Shown: piece by piece, positions 26,970-36,103 of the stretch | Numbering within the stretch: position 1 is the stretch's first letter | How the letters are laid out: the number at the start of each line of letters is the position of its first letter | Source of the DNA: Candidatus Yanofskybacteria bacterium | GTDB lineage: Bacteria; Patescibacteriota; Minisyncoccia; 2-02-FULL-40-12; GWA2-44-9 | Direction of reading: 5' to 3' | Length of the DNA stretch: 64,000 nt | Assembly (NCBI GenBank): GCA_020847715.1 | Contig: JADLBM010000007.1 | Coordinates: 8,624 to 72,623 of the forward strand | Translations under genes and position numbers: made by a program | Notes under the pieces: model-generated | What the model saw: only the letters and a program-made list of their open reading frames with translations | Database searches by the model: none | What the model was told of the DNA's origin: nothing

Positions 26970-27884
26970 TTAGAGCCGGTTAATGTACTGCACCGCGGAG
27001 AGCGCCGCCGCAGCGCCTTGGCCGGCGGCGATAATAATCTGCTTGTGCGCGCTATGCGTGACATCGCCGGCGGCAAAAAGCCCTGCGACGCTGGTTGCGC
27101 CGTCGAGTCCTATGGCAATGTAGCCGAACGCATCCTTTGTGCACTCGGGCGGCACCATCTGCGAATTGGGTGTTTGCCCGATGTGCACGAATGCGCCATC
27201 CATGTCCACCGTGTGCTCCACGCCGGCAGCATCTTTGTACTTCACACCCTTTGCAAGCGCGCCGTCGCCGATGATTTCCGTGGTCATGGCACTGTAGAGG
27301 ACTTCAATCTTCGGGTTCGAGGTCACCTTTTCGATGAGTGATGCCTCGCCCTTGAACGCGGGGTTTTTGTTGATGACCGTCACATGGGAGGCGATGTCCG
27401 CAAGCATGAGCGCGCTCTCAAGCGCGGAGTTGCCACCGCCGATGGTCACTACGCGCTTCCCCGAAAACAGCGGACCGTCACAGACGGTGCAGTACGACAC
27501 GCCCTTCAGGCGATAGGTATCTTCACCCGGAACCCCCAGAAGCCGCGAGTGCGCGCCCGTCGCTACGAGGACCGCCTTCGCACGGTACGGAGCGCCATCG
27601 TCGGCGGTCACCGTGAACATGCCGTCTGCATCCTTCACGATGCCGGTCACGAGATACCCCTCCTTGATTTCAGGCTTGTAGCTCTCGATGTGCTCACGGA
27701 ACATCTGTGACAGTTCGATGCCTGTCGTGTGCTTGATGCCCAGCCAGTTCTCCACTTCACCGGAAAGCGCGACCTCTCCGCCTAAATCTTTTGCAATAAC
27801 AAGAAACTTCAGACCGCGCCGCGCCGCGTAGATGCCGGCCGATGCTCCCGCGGCGGAGCCGCCGATAATGATGAGGTCATACAT
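26970..27884 (-). CDS. trxB: Thioredoxin-disulfide reductase
   Basis: MYDLIIIGGSAAGASAGIYAARRGL..., redox-active CTVCDG, second Rossmann GGGNSALE. Confidence 0.9.
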   Translation of the reverse strand: MYDLIIIGGSAAGASAGIYAARRGLKFLVIAKDLGGEVALSGEVENWLGIKHTTGIELSQMFREHIESYKPEIKEGYLVTGIVKDADGMFTVTADDGAPYRAKAVLVATGAHSRLLGVPGEDTYRLKGVSYCTVCDGPLFSGKRVVTIGGGNSALESALMLADIASHVTVINKNPAFKGEASLIEKVTSNPKIEVLYSAMTTEIIGDGALAKGVKYKDAAGVEHTVDMDGAFVHIGQTPNSQMVPPECTKDAFGYIAIGLDGATSVAGLFAAGDVTHSAHKQIIIAAGQGAAAALSAVQYINRL

Positions 27885-27956
27885 ACGAACAAAGTATAGC
27901 AAACCGATGTAAAAAAGAACCCCCATCCGAAGATGGGGGTCAACCGTCGGAGTCGC

Positions 27957-28589
27957 TCAGAGGTCCTGAGGACGCACGACGAACGAGATGCCGAGCGAGG
28001 AGGAACTTCCACGACGCCACGCACCGTCCTGCAGGTACTTTCGGGACGCGGTCCCGACCGTGCCTCGCAGGAAGACGCTGCCACGGAGCGGAAGGTCGTG
28101 GCTCCACAGGAACGCCCATCCCTGCGTGTGGTTGGGCGCCTCCGCGTCGGTCGCCACTTCACCGCCGTAGCGGACGGAGAACTCGTCGCGATGCGGTCGG
28201 CGCGTGGCAGTCTTTCCGTATCGGGCGCAGAGCCCGATACCACCGTCGGCCCACCAGGTCTTCTTCGTCCAGACGGTCGCATCCGAGAGGATGCGATGCC
28301 CGCCGACGACCACGAAGAGGCTGGGGCCGATCCAGTGCCGCAGATCGGCGCTGACCGTCCACTGATGGCCACCCGGCGTCCCGACCTTGTCGAGCTCGGA
28401 GCGCTTCACGGCGGCCGAGAGGTCGAAGAGGCCGAGGGCCTTGCGTCCGCTGAGGCCGAACGCCGCCTGCGTGCCGTCCTGCCCCATGTTGTCCGTGGTC
28501 TGTACCGCGGACCCGACGGAGAACTCCGTCTGCGCGGCAACGGGCAGGGCCATCGCCAGCACCGAGACACCCAACACCAGAACGCGCAT
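27957..28589 (-). CDS. Secreted hypothetical protein with signal peptide
   Basis: AAGGAG RBS 6 nt upstream of the ATG at 28589; MRVLVLGVSVLAMALPVAAQ signal peptide; beta-strand-like alternating pattern; unknown function. Confidence 0.55.
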   Translation of the reverse strand: MRVLVLGVSVLAMALPVAAQTEFSVGSAVQTTDNMGQDGTQAAFGLSGRKALGLFDLSAAVKRSELDKVGTPGGHQWTVSADLRHWIGPSLFVVVGGHRILSDATVWTKKTWWADGGIGLCARYGKTATRRPHRDEFSVRYGGEVATDAEAPNHTQGWAFLWSHDLPLRGSVFLRGTVGTASRKYLQDGAWRRGSSSSLGISFVVRPQDL

Positions 28590-28638
28590 ATCACACTCCT
28601 TCGCCGCACAAGCGGCATGTGCTACACTAAAAAGGTCT

Positions 28639-29997
28639 ATGCTAAGTATACAACAATTCAGACGATTTGGCAAGCTTCTCCCGTGGGGGCTCCTCGCGGC
28701 GTCGTTACTCGTGCATTTCGCGTTCTTCGGCCGCCCGAACGCAACGGTGTTCGACGAGGTCCATTTTGGGAAGTTCATCAGCGCCTACTTCACACACCAA
28801 TACTACTTCGATATCCATCCCCCGCTCGGAAAGCTCATTCTTGCGGCGTGGGGGTGGCTCTGGGGGTTCCAGCCGGGATTCTCGTTCGCAAATATCGGCG
28901 ACGCCTATCCCGACCATCTCTACCTCGCACTCCGATTCCTTCCGACACTCGCGGGCGCCCTCCTGCCGCTCATCATCTACGGGCTTGCCCGTCAACTTCG
29001 CATGTCCCGCGGTGCAGCGCTGCTCGCCGGCATACTTGTTGCACTCGACAACGCCCTCCTCGTCCAATCACGCTTTATCCTCCTCGATTCGTTTCTCCTC
29101 CTGTTCGGCTTCACTGGGCTCTACTGCTACTTCCGCTGGCGCAGCGGCGGTACACGGTGGCTCCTCGCCGCGGCGGGCATCCTTGGTGGCGCCGCAGTAG
29201 GGATCAAGTGGACCGGCGCAACCTTCCTCGGCCTCATGGGCGCCCTTGAATTCATCCGACTCTGGCAGGAACACAACCGAGTCGCCGTGCGGCGGTTGTG
29301 GCCGCTCTTCCTCGCACTCGTCGTAGCACCACTCATCGTCTACATCGGCGCCTTCTTCATTCACTTCACACTCCTCACCCGCAGTGGAACGGGAGATGCA
29401 TTCATGAGCGCACGCTTCCAGCACGACCTCGTCGGAAGTCAGTTTGTCGCCGACACAACGCTCACCTCGCTCTCACCGCTCGAGAAAACACTCCAACTGA
29501 ACGCCGAGATGTACCGCTCGAACCAACGACTCACCGCATCGCATCCGTATGCGAGCCCGTGGTTCACGTGGCCGTTCATGGACCGGAGCATTTACTACTG
29601 GGTGAGCGGGCATGCACGCATCTACCTGCTGGGAAATCCTGCCGTCTGGTGGCTCTCCACCGTTGCCGTGCTCGTGATACTCTCGAACATCGTCCTCACC
29701 CGCCCGAAAAACACTCCCCGCGAGATGTTCATCCTGATAGGGGCATGGCTCGTAAACCTCCTGCCGTTCATCGGTATCACCCGCGTTATGTTCCTCTACC
29801 ACTACTTCCCCGCGCTCATCTGGGCAATCCTCATGACCGCGTATCTGGTAGACCGCTCACCTCATCGAACCCGCATCACGCTCGCCCTCACCGCTCTCGC
29901 GCTTGCGACCTTCGTCTACTTCGCGCCGCTCTCGTATGGCCTCCCCCTCTCCGACGGCGCTTACAACGCCCGTGTGTGGTTCAGTTCTTGGAGATAA
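28639..29997 (+). CDS. PMT-family (GT39-like) integral membrane glycosyltransferase, putative protein O-mannosyltransferase
   Basis: N-terminal loop DEVHFGKF...HPPLGKLI plus multiple TMs (ArnT/PMT fold); start at Met85 of the listed ORF (MLSIQQF), with AAAGG upstream. Confidence 0.7.
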   Translation: MLSIQQFRRFGKLLPWGLLAASLLVHFAFFGRPNATVFDEVHFGKFISAYFTHQYYFDIHPPLGKLILAAWGWLWGFQPGFSFANIGDAYPDHLYLALRFLPTLAGALLPLIIYGLARQLRMSRGAALLAGILVALDNALLVQSRFILLDSFLLLFGFTGLYCYFRWRSGGTRWLLAAAGILGGAAVGIKWTGATFLGLMGALEFIRLWQEHNRVAVRRLWPLFLALVVAPLIVYIGAFFIHFTLLTRSGTGDAFMSARFQHDLVGSQFVADTTLTSLSPLEKTLQLNAEMYRSNQRLTASHPYASPWFTWPFMDRSIYYWVSGHARIYLLGNPAVWWLSTVAVLVILSNIVLTRPKNTPREMFILIGAWLVNLLPFIGITRVMFLYHYFPALIWAILMTAYLVDRSPHRTRITLALTALALATFVYFAPLSYGLPLSDGAYNARVWFSSWR

Positions 29998-30028
29998 CAA
30001 AACGGCTCGATGGCCGTTTTGTGTTCCC

Positions 30029-30637
30029 TTACAGCGTTACCTGCCGCGCCTTCAGGTAGAGTTCCTCCGCCTTAGTCCAATTGAAGTTCTTCCAGAACGC
30101 CTCGATGTAGGCTTTCTTGTCGGAACCGAAGTCAATAAAGTAGGCGTGCTCATAGACGTCCAGCACGATGACGGGAAGGCACCCCCACACCCCGCCTTGG
30201 TTGTGCGCATCGGCGTTGTAGTGTTTCAGCGCTCCTGCTTTCGTGTCCCAACACAGCACACTCCACCCACGCGCCGCCATGGCACACTCTGAGAAGTACT
30301 TCAGCCCATTCTCGAGAGAACCCCATTTTTCGGCCAACGCCTTGGACAGTTCCGGCGCCGCATCAACGACTCCATCACCACCAAGGACATCGAAGTACCA
30401 TTCATGAAGATAGACTCCGTTGACAGCAAATGTCTCGGCATCCTTCAGGGCACGAAGCTCCGAATAGGTCGCATTTCCAGCAGCCGAGCCGGAAGCAGCA
30501 AGCTCCTGCAGCTTCTGCGAGATGTCGGTGGCCTTCGCCACATACCCTGCGTAGAGCTTGTCGTGGTGGATAGCCAGCGTCTTTGCGCTGATAGCGCCGA
30601 GCTTCTCGGCGTCGAACGGTAATGGCTTGGTATCCAT
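30029..30637 (-). CDS. sodA: Fe/Mn superoxide dismutase
   Basis: LAIHHDKLYAGYV...HEWYF...DVYEHAYFIDF. Confidence 0.9.
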   Translation of the reverse strand: MDTKPLPFDAEKLGAISAKTLAIHHDKLYAGYVAKATDISQKLQELAASGSAAGNATYSELRALKDAETFAVNGVYLHEWYFDVLGGDGVVDAAPELSKALAEKWGSLENGLKYFSECAMAARGWSVLCWDTKAGALKHYNADAHNQGGVWGCLPVIVLDVYEHAYFIDFGSDKKAYIEAFWKNFNWTKAEELYLKARQVTL

Positions 30638-30639
30638 AG

Positions 30640-30885
30640 TTAGGCGTTCCCAGTGATACCTGCGTACTCGTCGAGCTTGCGCTTGTCGAATCCGACGATA
30701 ATCTTGCCGTCGACATCGATGACCGGCACGCCGAGCTGACCGGACTTCGTGTACATTTCCTGCGCCTTCGCATGGTCACGAGAGACATCGATATCCGTAA
30801 ACGGAATGTTCTTCGATGTAAGATACTCCTTGGCCATTTTGCAGTAGCCACAGGTCGGGGTCGAATAGATGGTGATGTTCGCCAT
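30640..30885 (-). CDS. Glutaredoxin-like protein (NrdH/Grx family)
   Basis: MANITIYSTPTCGYCKMAKEYL...GVPVIDVDGK; CxxC thioredoxin fold. Confidence 0.75.
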   Translation of the reverse strand: MANITIYSTPTCGYCKMAKEYLTSKNIPFTDIDVSRDHAKAQEMYTKSGQLGVPVIDVDGKIIVGFDKRKLDEYAGITGNA

Positions 30886-30990
30886 ACAATAACGTTCATT
30901 CAATACTCCGCAATGATATCGTACCCTTCCGACAACGCAAAATTTGCCAAAACGTAAAAAATTCAGTATTATTGCACCTCAGAACATCCC

Positions 30991-32181
30991 ATGCGCCCCC
31001 GATTCACCGTCACCACAAAACACCGCGGAAGCCGCGCACGACTCGGCGTTCTTCGCACGCCGCACGGCACCGTACGAACACCTGCCTATGTCATCGTGGC
31101 GACCCATGCAGAGGTGCGCACCCTCACACCTGCGGACATCAAAAAGACAAAGACTCAATTGGTCATCGCGAACACGTACCACCTCTGGGAACAGCGCGAC
31201 GCCCACCGCATGCTCGGCGCACGAATTCCGATGATGACCGACTCCGGCGGATTCCAAGTGTTCTCGCTCGGCGCCGCAAAGGACCATCGCGTCGGCAAAG
31301 TACTGAAACGGGGCCACCGAACTACCGGAACGGGAAGCGACTACTCGACGGTCGCCATCACCGAGGATGGCGCGCACTTTTCGGTTGCCGGGAAACGGCG
31401 CTCGATTACCCCTGAATCCTCCATTGCAACACAGGAACGACTTGGCGCGGACATCATTTTCGTATTCGACGAATGTACATCACCACTGCATCCGATGCGG
31501 TACACCAAGAACTCCATGGACCGCACACACCGATGGGCGCTCCGCTCACTGAAGGCGCACACCCGCACCGACCAACTCCTCTACGGCATCGTGCAGGGTG
31601 GTCGTTTCAAGCGCCTCCGCGCTGCAAGCGCGAAGACGCTTGCAGCTCTGCCGTTCGGTGGCTACGGCATTGGAGGAAGTTTCGGCAAGGACGAGATGAC
31701 TGAAACGCTCGCATCGGTCATTCCTCATCTTCCTGACGACAAGCCTCGCCACCTTCTGGGCATCGGATCGGTATCCGATATTTTTGCTGCCGTCGAGGCG
31801 GGCGTGGACACCATGGACTGCGTCATCCCTACCCGCGAAGCACGCCATGCCCGCATCTACACCGATGACGGCATCGTCGACGTGCGCAAAATGGCATTCG
31901 CCGATGATCGTCGCCGCCTCCTAGTGTCGCGCGCGAGCATTGGTCGCCTCCATCGCCTCTTCCGTGCACGCGACCAGCGCGCTGGCCGACTCGCAACACT
32001 CCATAATGTGCGCTGGTTCAATCTCACCCTCGAACGCATACGAGCCGCCCTTGCGGACGGCTCGTATGGAACATTCAAGAGGAGTTTCCTTACTCGGTTT
32101 TCGCCTCCTCGGCGCGGTTCTTCGTCCGCTCGACGGAGAACACATACACATACAGGATCTCGAGGATCCCGAGCGTATTGA
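30991..32181 (+). CDS. tgt: Queuine tRNA-ribosyltransferase (tRNA-guanine transglycosylase) with atypical C-terminus lacking the CxCxxC zinc site
   Basis: Catalytic-region motifs MTDSGGFQVFSL, FVFDEC, LLGIGSVSDIF, GVDTMDCVIPTR present; the last about 100 aa have no Cys cluster and overlap a minus-strand small gene. Confidence 0.75.
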   Translation: MRPRFTVTTKHRGSRARLGVLRTPHGTVRTPAYVIVATHAEVRTLTPADIKKTKTQLVIANTYHLWEQRDAHRMLGARIPMMTDSGGFQVFSLGAAKDHRVGKVLKRGHRTTGTGSDYSTVAITEDGAHFSVAGKRRSITPESSIATQERLGADIIFVFDECTSPLHPMRYTKNSMDRTHRWALRSLKAHTRTDQLLYGIVQGGRFKRLRAASAKTLAALPFGGYGIGGSFGKDEMTETLASVIPHLPDDKPRHLLGIGSVSDIFAAVEAGVDTMDCVIPTREARHARIYTDDGIVDVRKMAFADDRRRLLVSRASIGRLHRLFRARDQRAGRLATLHNVRWFNLTLERIRAALADGSYGTFKRSFLTRFSPPRRGSSSARRRTHTHTGSRGSRAY

Positions 32182-32326
32182 TTACGAGCAGAACCACGAA
32201 CCACCACTTCTGCTCCTTCTGAGCCGCCCGCCACAGCGCGAGCCCTTTCCAGACCACGACCCACGCGAACAGCGCAAGATACCAAAGCTGGCGATCCAGC
32301 GGTATCTGTAAGATGTCGTTGAACAT
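32090..32326 (-). CDS. Small two-TM membrane protein (78 aa)
   Basis: MFNDILQIPLDRQLWYLALFAWVVVWKGLALWRAA...; start placed at an internal Met, since the upstream extension is Gly/Arg-rich. Confidence 0.4.
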   Translation of the reverse strand: MFNDILQIPLDRQLWYLALFAWVVVWKGLALWRAAQKEQKWWFVVLLVINTLGILEILYVYVFSVERTKNRAEEAKTE

Positions 32327-32349
32327 ACCCCGATTATACCACGAAAGGT

Positions 32350-32721
32350 TTAGGCATCCAAGAGCCCCTCGGATTCCAGCTCCGCAAGTACGCCCGCCGG
32401 AAGCGGCACCCGTTCGCGGACCGGAGACACCCCCGGATACCGCCACGCTGTGATAATGACCTTCCGATAATCGCTGAGCGGGCTTTTCGCGCGCTTTTTT
32501 TCTTCCCGCCACATCACCCACACCTCCCACGGCTTTGCTTTCGTCCCCGCCGTCTGCATAGCGGCAAGCGTTCCTTCGGCAACACCCTCTTCAACCCGCT
32601 CGGGGGCGCGAATAACCCGAAGCACGCGGCTTGGGGTCAATCCATAGAACCGCAACTTCCGCACCACGTGGTGCGTCCATCGGTATTTCTCATTATCGCG
32701 AGGTAATGCGAACTCGCCCAT
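32350..32721 (-). CDS. Hypothetical protein
   Basis: ORF; alternative start at 32763 would overlap the cobalamin adenosyltransferase gene. Confidence 0.4.
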   Translation of the reverse strand: MGEFALPRDNEKYRWTHHVVRKLRFYGLTPSRVLRVIRAPERVEEGVAEGTLAAMQTAGTKAKPWEVWVMWREEKKRAKSPLSDYRKVIITAWRYPGVSPVRERVPLPAGVLAELESEGLLDA

Positions 32722-32756
32722 GTCGCACCCTACTGTACCACAGCGATGGAGTCCAG

Positions 32757-33275
32757 CTACCACTCCATGCCCTCGCGCCCCTCCTGCCCCTGTTGATAGG
32801 GGTGCTTCACTTCGACAACCTCAGACACAATGTCCGCTACTTCAATGAATGCCTCCGGCGCATCGCGTCCGGTCAGGAGAAGGTCAACTCCCTCCGGCAC
32901 CGCACGGATGACTTCCATGACATCCGCTACGGATAGCAATCCAAGGTGCACAGCATTGTTCACCTCATCGAGGATGACCATATCCCACCCTCCGCTCATA
33001 ATCTCGCCGTAGGCGAACGCGAGCCCCTCGTGCGCCGCTCGGGCGTGCTCTTCCCGAGGTAGTGTATCTCCAAGAATACCCACGAACCCAAGCCCCGTCT
33101 TCACAATCTTAAATTGGGGACGCAGGAGCATCTGCGCGTCGTCTTCCCCCGAGCGCCACGGCCCCTTGATGAACTGAACCATGAGTACTCTGCGCCCATC
33201 CCCCACCGCACGGACGGCCTGACCGATGGCCGAAGTCGTTTTCCCTTTTCCGTTGCCGGTGATGAGGAGAATCAT
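32757..33275 (-). CDS. Cob(I)alamin/cob(I)yrinic acid a,c-diamide adenosyltransferase (CobA/CobO/BtuR family)
   Basis: P-loop ITGNGKGKTTSAIGQA and conserved MVILDEVN...LLLTGR of the CobA family. Confidence 0.8.
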   Translation of the reverse strand: MILLITGNGKGKTTSAIGQAVRAVGDGRRVLMVQFIKGPWRSGEDDAQMLLRPQFKIVKTGLGFVGILGDTLPREEHARAAHEGLAFAYGEIMSGGWDMVILDEVNNAVHLGLLSVADVMEVIRAVPEGVDLLLTGRDAPEAFIEVADIVSEVVEVKHPYQQGQEGREGMEW

Positions 33276-33280
33276 AGGCG

Positions 33281-33559
33281 CTAGAGGTCCATGTGGTCGA
33301 ACTTGTGACCCTTCATACGGAACAGGCGGTGCCAGAACCGCGGGTGGTCAATAACCAACTCAGTGACAACGGCGAACGGAACGATGACCACAACCGCGAT
33401 GAGCATTTCGTCCAGCACAAGCGCACGACCTGCGGCAACCTTGAAGACAACAAGGTTCTCGACAAGGTCGAGCAAAATACCGGCGACGATAAACTCAAGA
33501 ATACGAAGCTTCGTATTGATGTGCATGCAATCAGTGTAGCTCTTCATCTTGAAAAGCAA
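33281..33559 (-). CDS. Small hydrophobic hypothetical protein
   Basis: ORF with two hydrophobic segments; low support. Confidence 0.3.
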   Translation of the reverse strand: MLFKMKSYTDCMHINTKLRILEFIVAGILLDLVENLVVFKVAAGRALVLDEMLIAVVVIVPFAVVTELVIDHPRFWHRLFRMKGHKFDHMDL

Positions 33560-33568
33560 AGACCCCCG

Positions 33569-33592
33569 AGAGGGGGTCTTTGCGGTTGCAGG
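33569..33592. terminator. Terminator hairpin AAAGACCCCCGAGAGGGGGTCTTT
   Basis: Perfect inverted repeat just downstream of the RRM gene stop. Confidence 0.6.
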
Positions 33593-33601
33593 CAGGGCTA
33601 C

Positions 33602-33898
33602 TTAGTAGCCACCGCCGAAGCCACCACGGTCAGAGCGAGGAGCGCGCTGCTCCATCGGACGGGCTTCGTTGACCACGATTGCGCGGCCGCCGAAGTCCTT
33701 GCCGTTGAACATGTCAACAGCCTTCTGTGCATCCTCATCGGATGCCATGGTGACGAAACCGAACCCGCGAGAGCGACCAGTCATCTTGTCCATCATAACG
33801 ACGGCTTCAGAGACCTGGCCGGCCTGCGAGAACGTTTGCTGCAACTCTTCACCGGTAGTGCTGTAAGGCAGGTTACCGATATAAAGCTTGTTCGCCAT
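33602..33898 (-). CDS. RNA-binding protein with RRM domain and RGG/Gly-rich tail
   Basis: MANKLYIGNLPYSTTGEELQQTF...RGFGFVTM (RNP2 and RNP1 motifs). Confidence 0.85.
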   Translation of the reverse strand: MANKLYIGNLPYSTTGEELQQTFSQAGQVSEAVVMMDKMTGRSRGFGFVTMASDEDAQKAVDMFNGKDFGGRAIVVNEARPMEQRAPRSDRGGFGGGY

Positions 33899-34079
33899 TT
33901 CTTCTGCGTTTTGTGCGTCCTGGGCAACGATGTCGTTGAACGGGCCGGTACAAAACACGTATGTTGCGTGAGGGCGACCTCCCGTCGAGGCCCTTCGCAC
34001 GAGGCGACTGGCTGCCGAGATACCTACGCTGAATTGAAGTATAGCACGGTCAGCACAAAAAGGCAAGGGGTAGAAAAAA

Positions 34080-34106
34080 GGCCAGAAACGAAGTGTTTCT
34101 GGCCAA
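34080..34106 (-). terminator. Rho-independent terminator for gene 34123-34473
   Basis: GGCCAGAAACACTTCGTTTCTGGCC hairpin followed by TTTTTTC on the minus strand. Confidence 0.65.
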
Positions 34107-34122
34107 TCCAACGCCCTTCAGG

Positions 34123-34473
34123 CTAGAACCCCTGAGGAGGATCCAAGTAGCGCGGCTCATTCAACTCAACCCCACACAGCCTCTCCAGCCGGCTCGCCAG
34201 CGCATCACCAGCTTCGGAGAAAAGCCCGAGAACGAACATGGCATGGAAGTGTGCGTGCAGGCGAGCAAACTGGCTTTCCTCCGGATTGCCGTCCAATGCC
34301 CCCATAGTGGCATACTGCATCGCCCCGAGCTTCGCAGCCGCTTCAAGCGTCTCCGAAATGACGACCAGCTGGCGTTCCGCATCGCGAACATTGTGAGCGG
34401 TTCGGATGGCCGACAACGCCTGCGTAAGCTTCTGGTCCGTCACCCGGGCAACCTTTTCCGTAAAGTCCGCCAT
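34123..34473 (-). CDS. Hypothetical protein (116 aa)
   Basis: ORF with a clean terminator downstream; no motif recognised. Confidence 0.5.
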   Translation of the reverse strand: MADFTEKVARVTDQKLTQALSAIRTAHNVRDAERQLVVISETLEAAAKLGAMQYATMGALDGNPEESQFARLHAHFHAMFVLGLFSEAGDALASRLERLCGVELNEPRYLDPPQGF

Positions 34474-34526
34474 CGATCACCTCCGAAGCTCCTCTATACC
34501 ATACGGATGTGGTAAAATCAACCTGC

Positions 34527-35771
34527 ATGTCCCGCACTGTAATCAACGCAATCCACGCACGGGAGATTCTCGACTCGAGGGGGGTGCCGACACTTGAAGT
34601 GTCGGTCGTCTGCGAGGGCGGGAGTGGCACATTCGGCGTACCATCGGGTGCATCCACTGGTACTCACGAGGCCGTCGAACTGCGGGACGGCGACGCAAGT
34701 CGCTACGGCGGCATGGGAACCCTCAAGGCGGCAACCCATGTGAACGTAAATCTCGCCGGCGCACTCATCGGCATGGACGCGCGTGACCAACGCGCACTCG
34801 ACGAGCGCATGCTCGCCATGGATGGCACGCCGAACAAGGCAAAGCTCGGTGGCAACGCCATTGTAGGCATCTCCATCGCCGCCGCGAAGGCAGCCGCCGC
34901 CGCGCTCCAAGCACCGCTTGTCGACTACCTACACGCCCTCGCGCCGGACATCGCCCCATCTGCGACCGGCCGGCGCATGCCATTTCTCGGCATGAACCTC
35001 ATCAACGGCGGGAAGCACGCCGCGACCCGTCTTGCATTCCAAGAGTACAAGCTGGTACCACAGACCAACGACGTCACCGAGGCGCTCGACATCGGGACGC
35101 GCATCATGCACGCCCTCAAGAAGCGCCTCGTGCGGGACCACGGCGCCGTGCATGCGAATGTGGGCGACGAAGGCGGTTTTGCCCCCGACCTCGCGTCGGT
35201 GCGCGCGCCGCTCGCACTCCTCATGGAAACTGCCGCCGAACTCAACCTCGACCACCGCATCAAGCTCGCCATGGATGTCGCCGCGTCCTCGTTCTACGAT
35301 GCAGCGACCGATCGCTACACCTACGACGGCACAGAGCACACCGCAACAGAACTGGAAGAGGCCCTCCGCGGCATGCTCCGCGACTTCCCCTTTCTCTACA
35401 TCGAAGATCCGTTCCATGAGAACGCATTCGCCGATTTCGCACGGCTCAATGATGGCTCGACCGTCATCGTCGGCGATGACCTTACCGTCACGAATACAAC
35501 GTTCCTAAAGCAAGCCATCGAACAGAAGTCTATTTCCGGCGTTATTATTAAAGTAAACCAAGTTGGCACGCTCACGGAAACGCTCGACACCATGAAGCTC
35601 GCACGCGACAACAGCATCGAGTGCATCGTGAGCCACCGCTCGGGAGAAACGAATGACGATTTCATCGCAGACCTTGCGGTTGCGTTTGGGGTCTTCGCAG
35701 TGAAAGCCGGAGGCCCTCAGCGCGGCGAGCGCGTCGCAAAGTACAACCGATTCCTGAAATTGCTTGCATGA
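34527..35771 (+). CDS. eno: Enolase
   Basis: VINAIHAREILDSRGVPTLEV...; canonical enolase motifs (SHRSGETED-like IVSHRSGETND). Confidence 0.95.
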   Translation: MSRTVINAIHAREILDSRGVPTLEVSVVCEGGSGTFGVPSGASTGTHEAVELRDGDASRYGGMGTLKAATHVNVNLAGALIGMDARDQRALDERMLAMDGTPNKAKLGGNAIVGISIAAAKAAAAALQAPLVDYLHALAPDIAPSATGRRMPFLGMNLINGGKHAATRLAFQEYKLVPQTNDVTEALDIGTRIMHALKKRLVRDHGAVHANVGDEGGFAPDLASVRAPLALLMETAAELNLDHRIKLAMDVAASSFYDAATDRYTYDGTEHTATELEEALRGMLRDFPFLYIEDPFHENAFADFARLNDGSTVIVGDDLTVTNTTFLKQAIEQKSISGVIIKVNQVGTLTETLDTMKLARDNSIECIVSHRSGETNDDFIADLAVAFGVFAVKAGGPQRGERVAKYNRFLKLLA

Positions 35772-36085
35772 AGTGGCTCCTCCCGCTCAGCATCCTCATA
35801 CTCTTTGAGCTGATTGCTGATATTGTGGCGAAGAAGTGGTCGCTTGTTGGCGGCTCGCTCCTTGCGGCCGGTGCACTTGCGGCATACCTGGCGGCAAATA
35901 CATTCTGGCTGTTTGCACTTCACAACGGTTCCGGCTTGGGCCGTGGGGCCGTCATCTTTTCGGTCGTATCTGCACTCCTTGCAGTAGTGATTGGCGTCGG
36001 TATGTACAACGAATCCATTACTCGCATGCAGACCATCGGATTCGTCTTCGGCATCGCATCTCTCGTGCTCATCTTTTGGGAGTAG
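35768..36085 (+). CDS. Small four-TM membrane protein (SMR/EamA-like)
   Basis: 105 aa with four hydrophobic helices; start overlaps the eno stop. Confidence 0.5.
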   Translation: MKWLLPLSILILFELIADIVAKKWSLVGGSLLAAGALAAYLAANTFWLFALHNGSGLGRGAVIFSVVSALLAVVIGVGMYNESITRMQTIGFVFGIASLVLIFWE

Positions 36086-36103
36086 CGATGGTATAATCCT
36101 GCT

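Noticed and set aside
28387-28638. Upstream 84-aa extension of the PMT-family ORF
   Set aside because: The extension overlaps the convergent secreted-protein gene's upstream region and is Arg/Ala/Cys-rich; the conserved PMT N-terminus starts at MLSIQQF, with a weak RBS.
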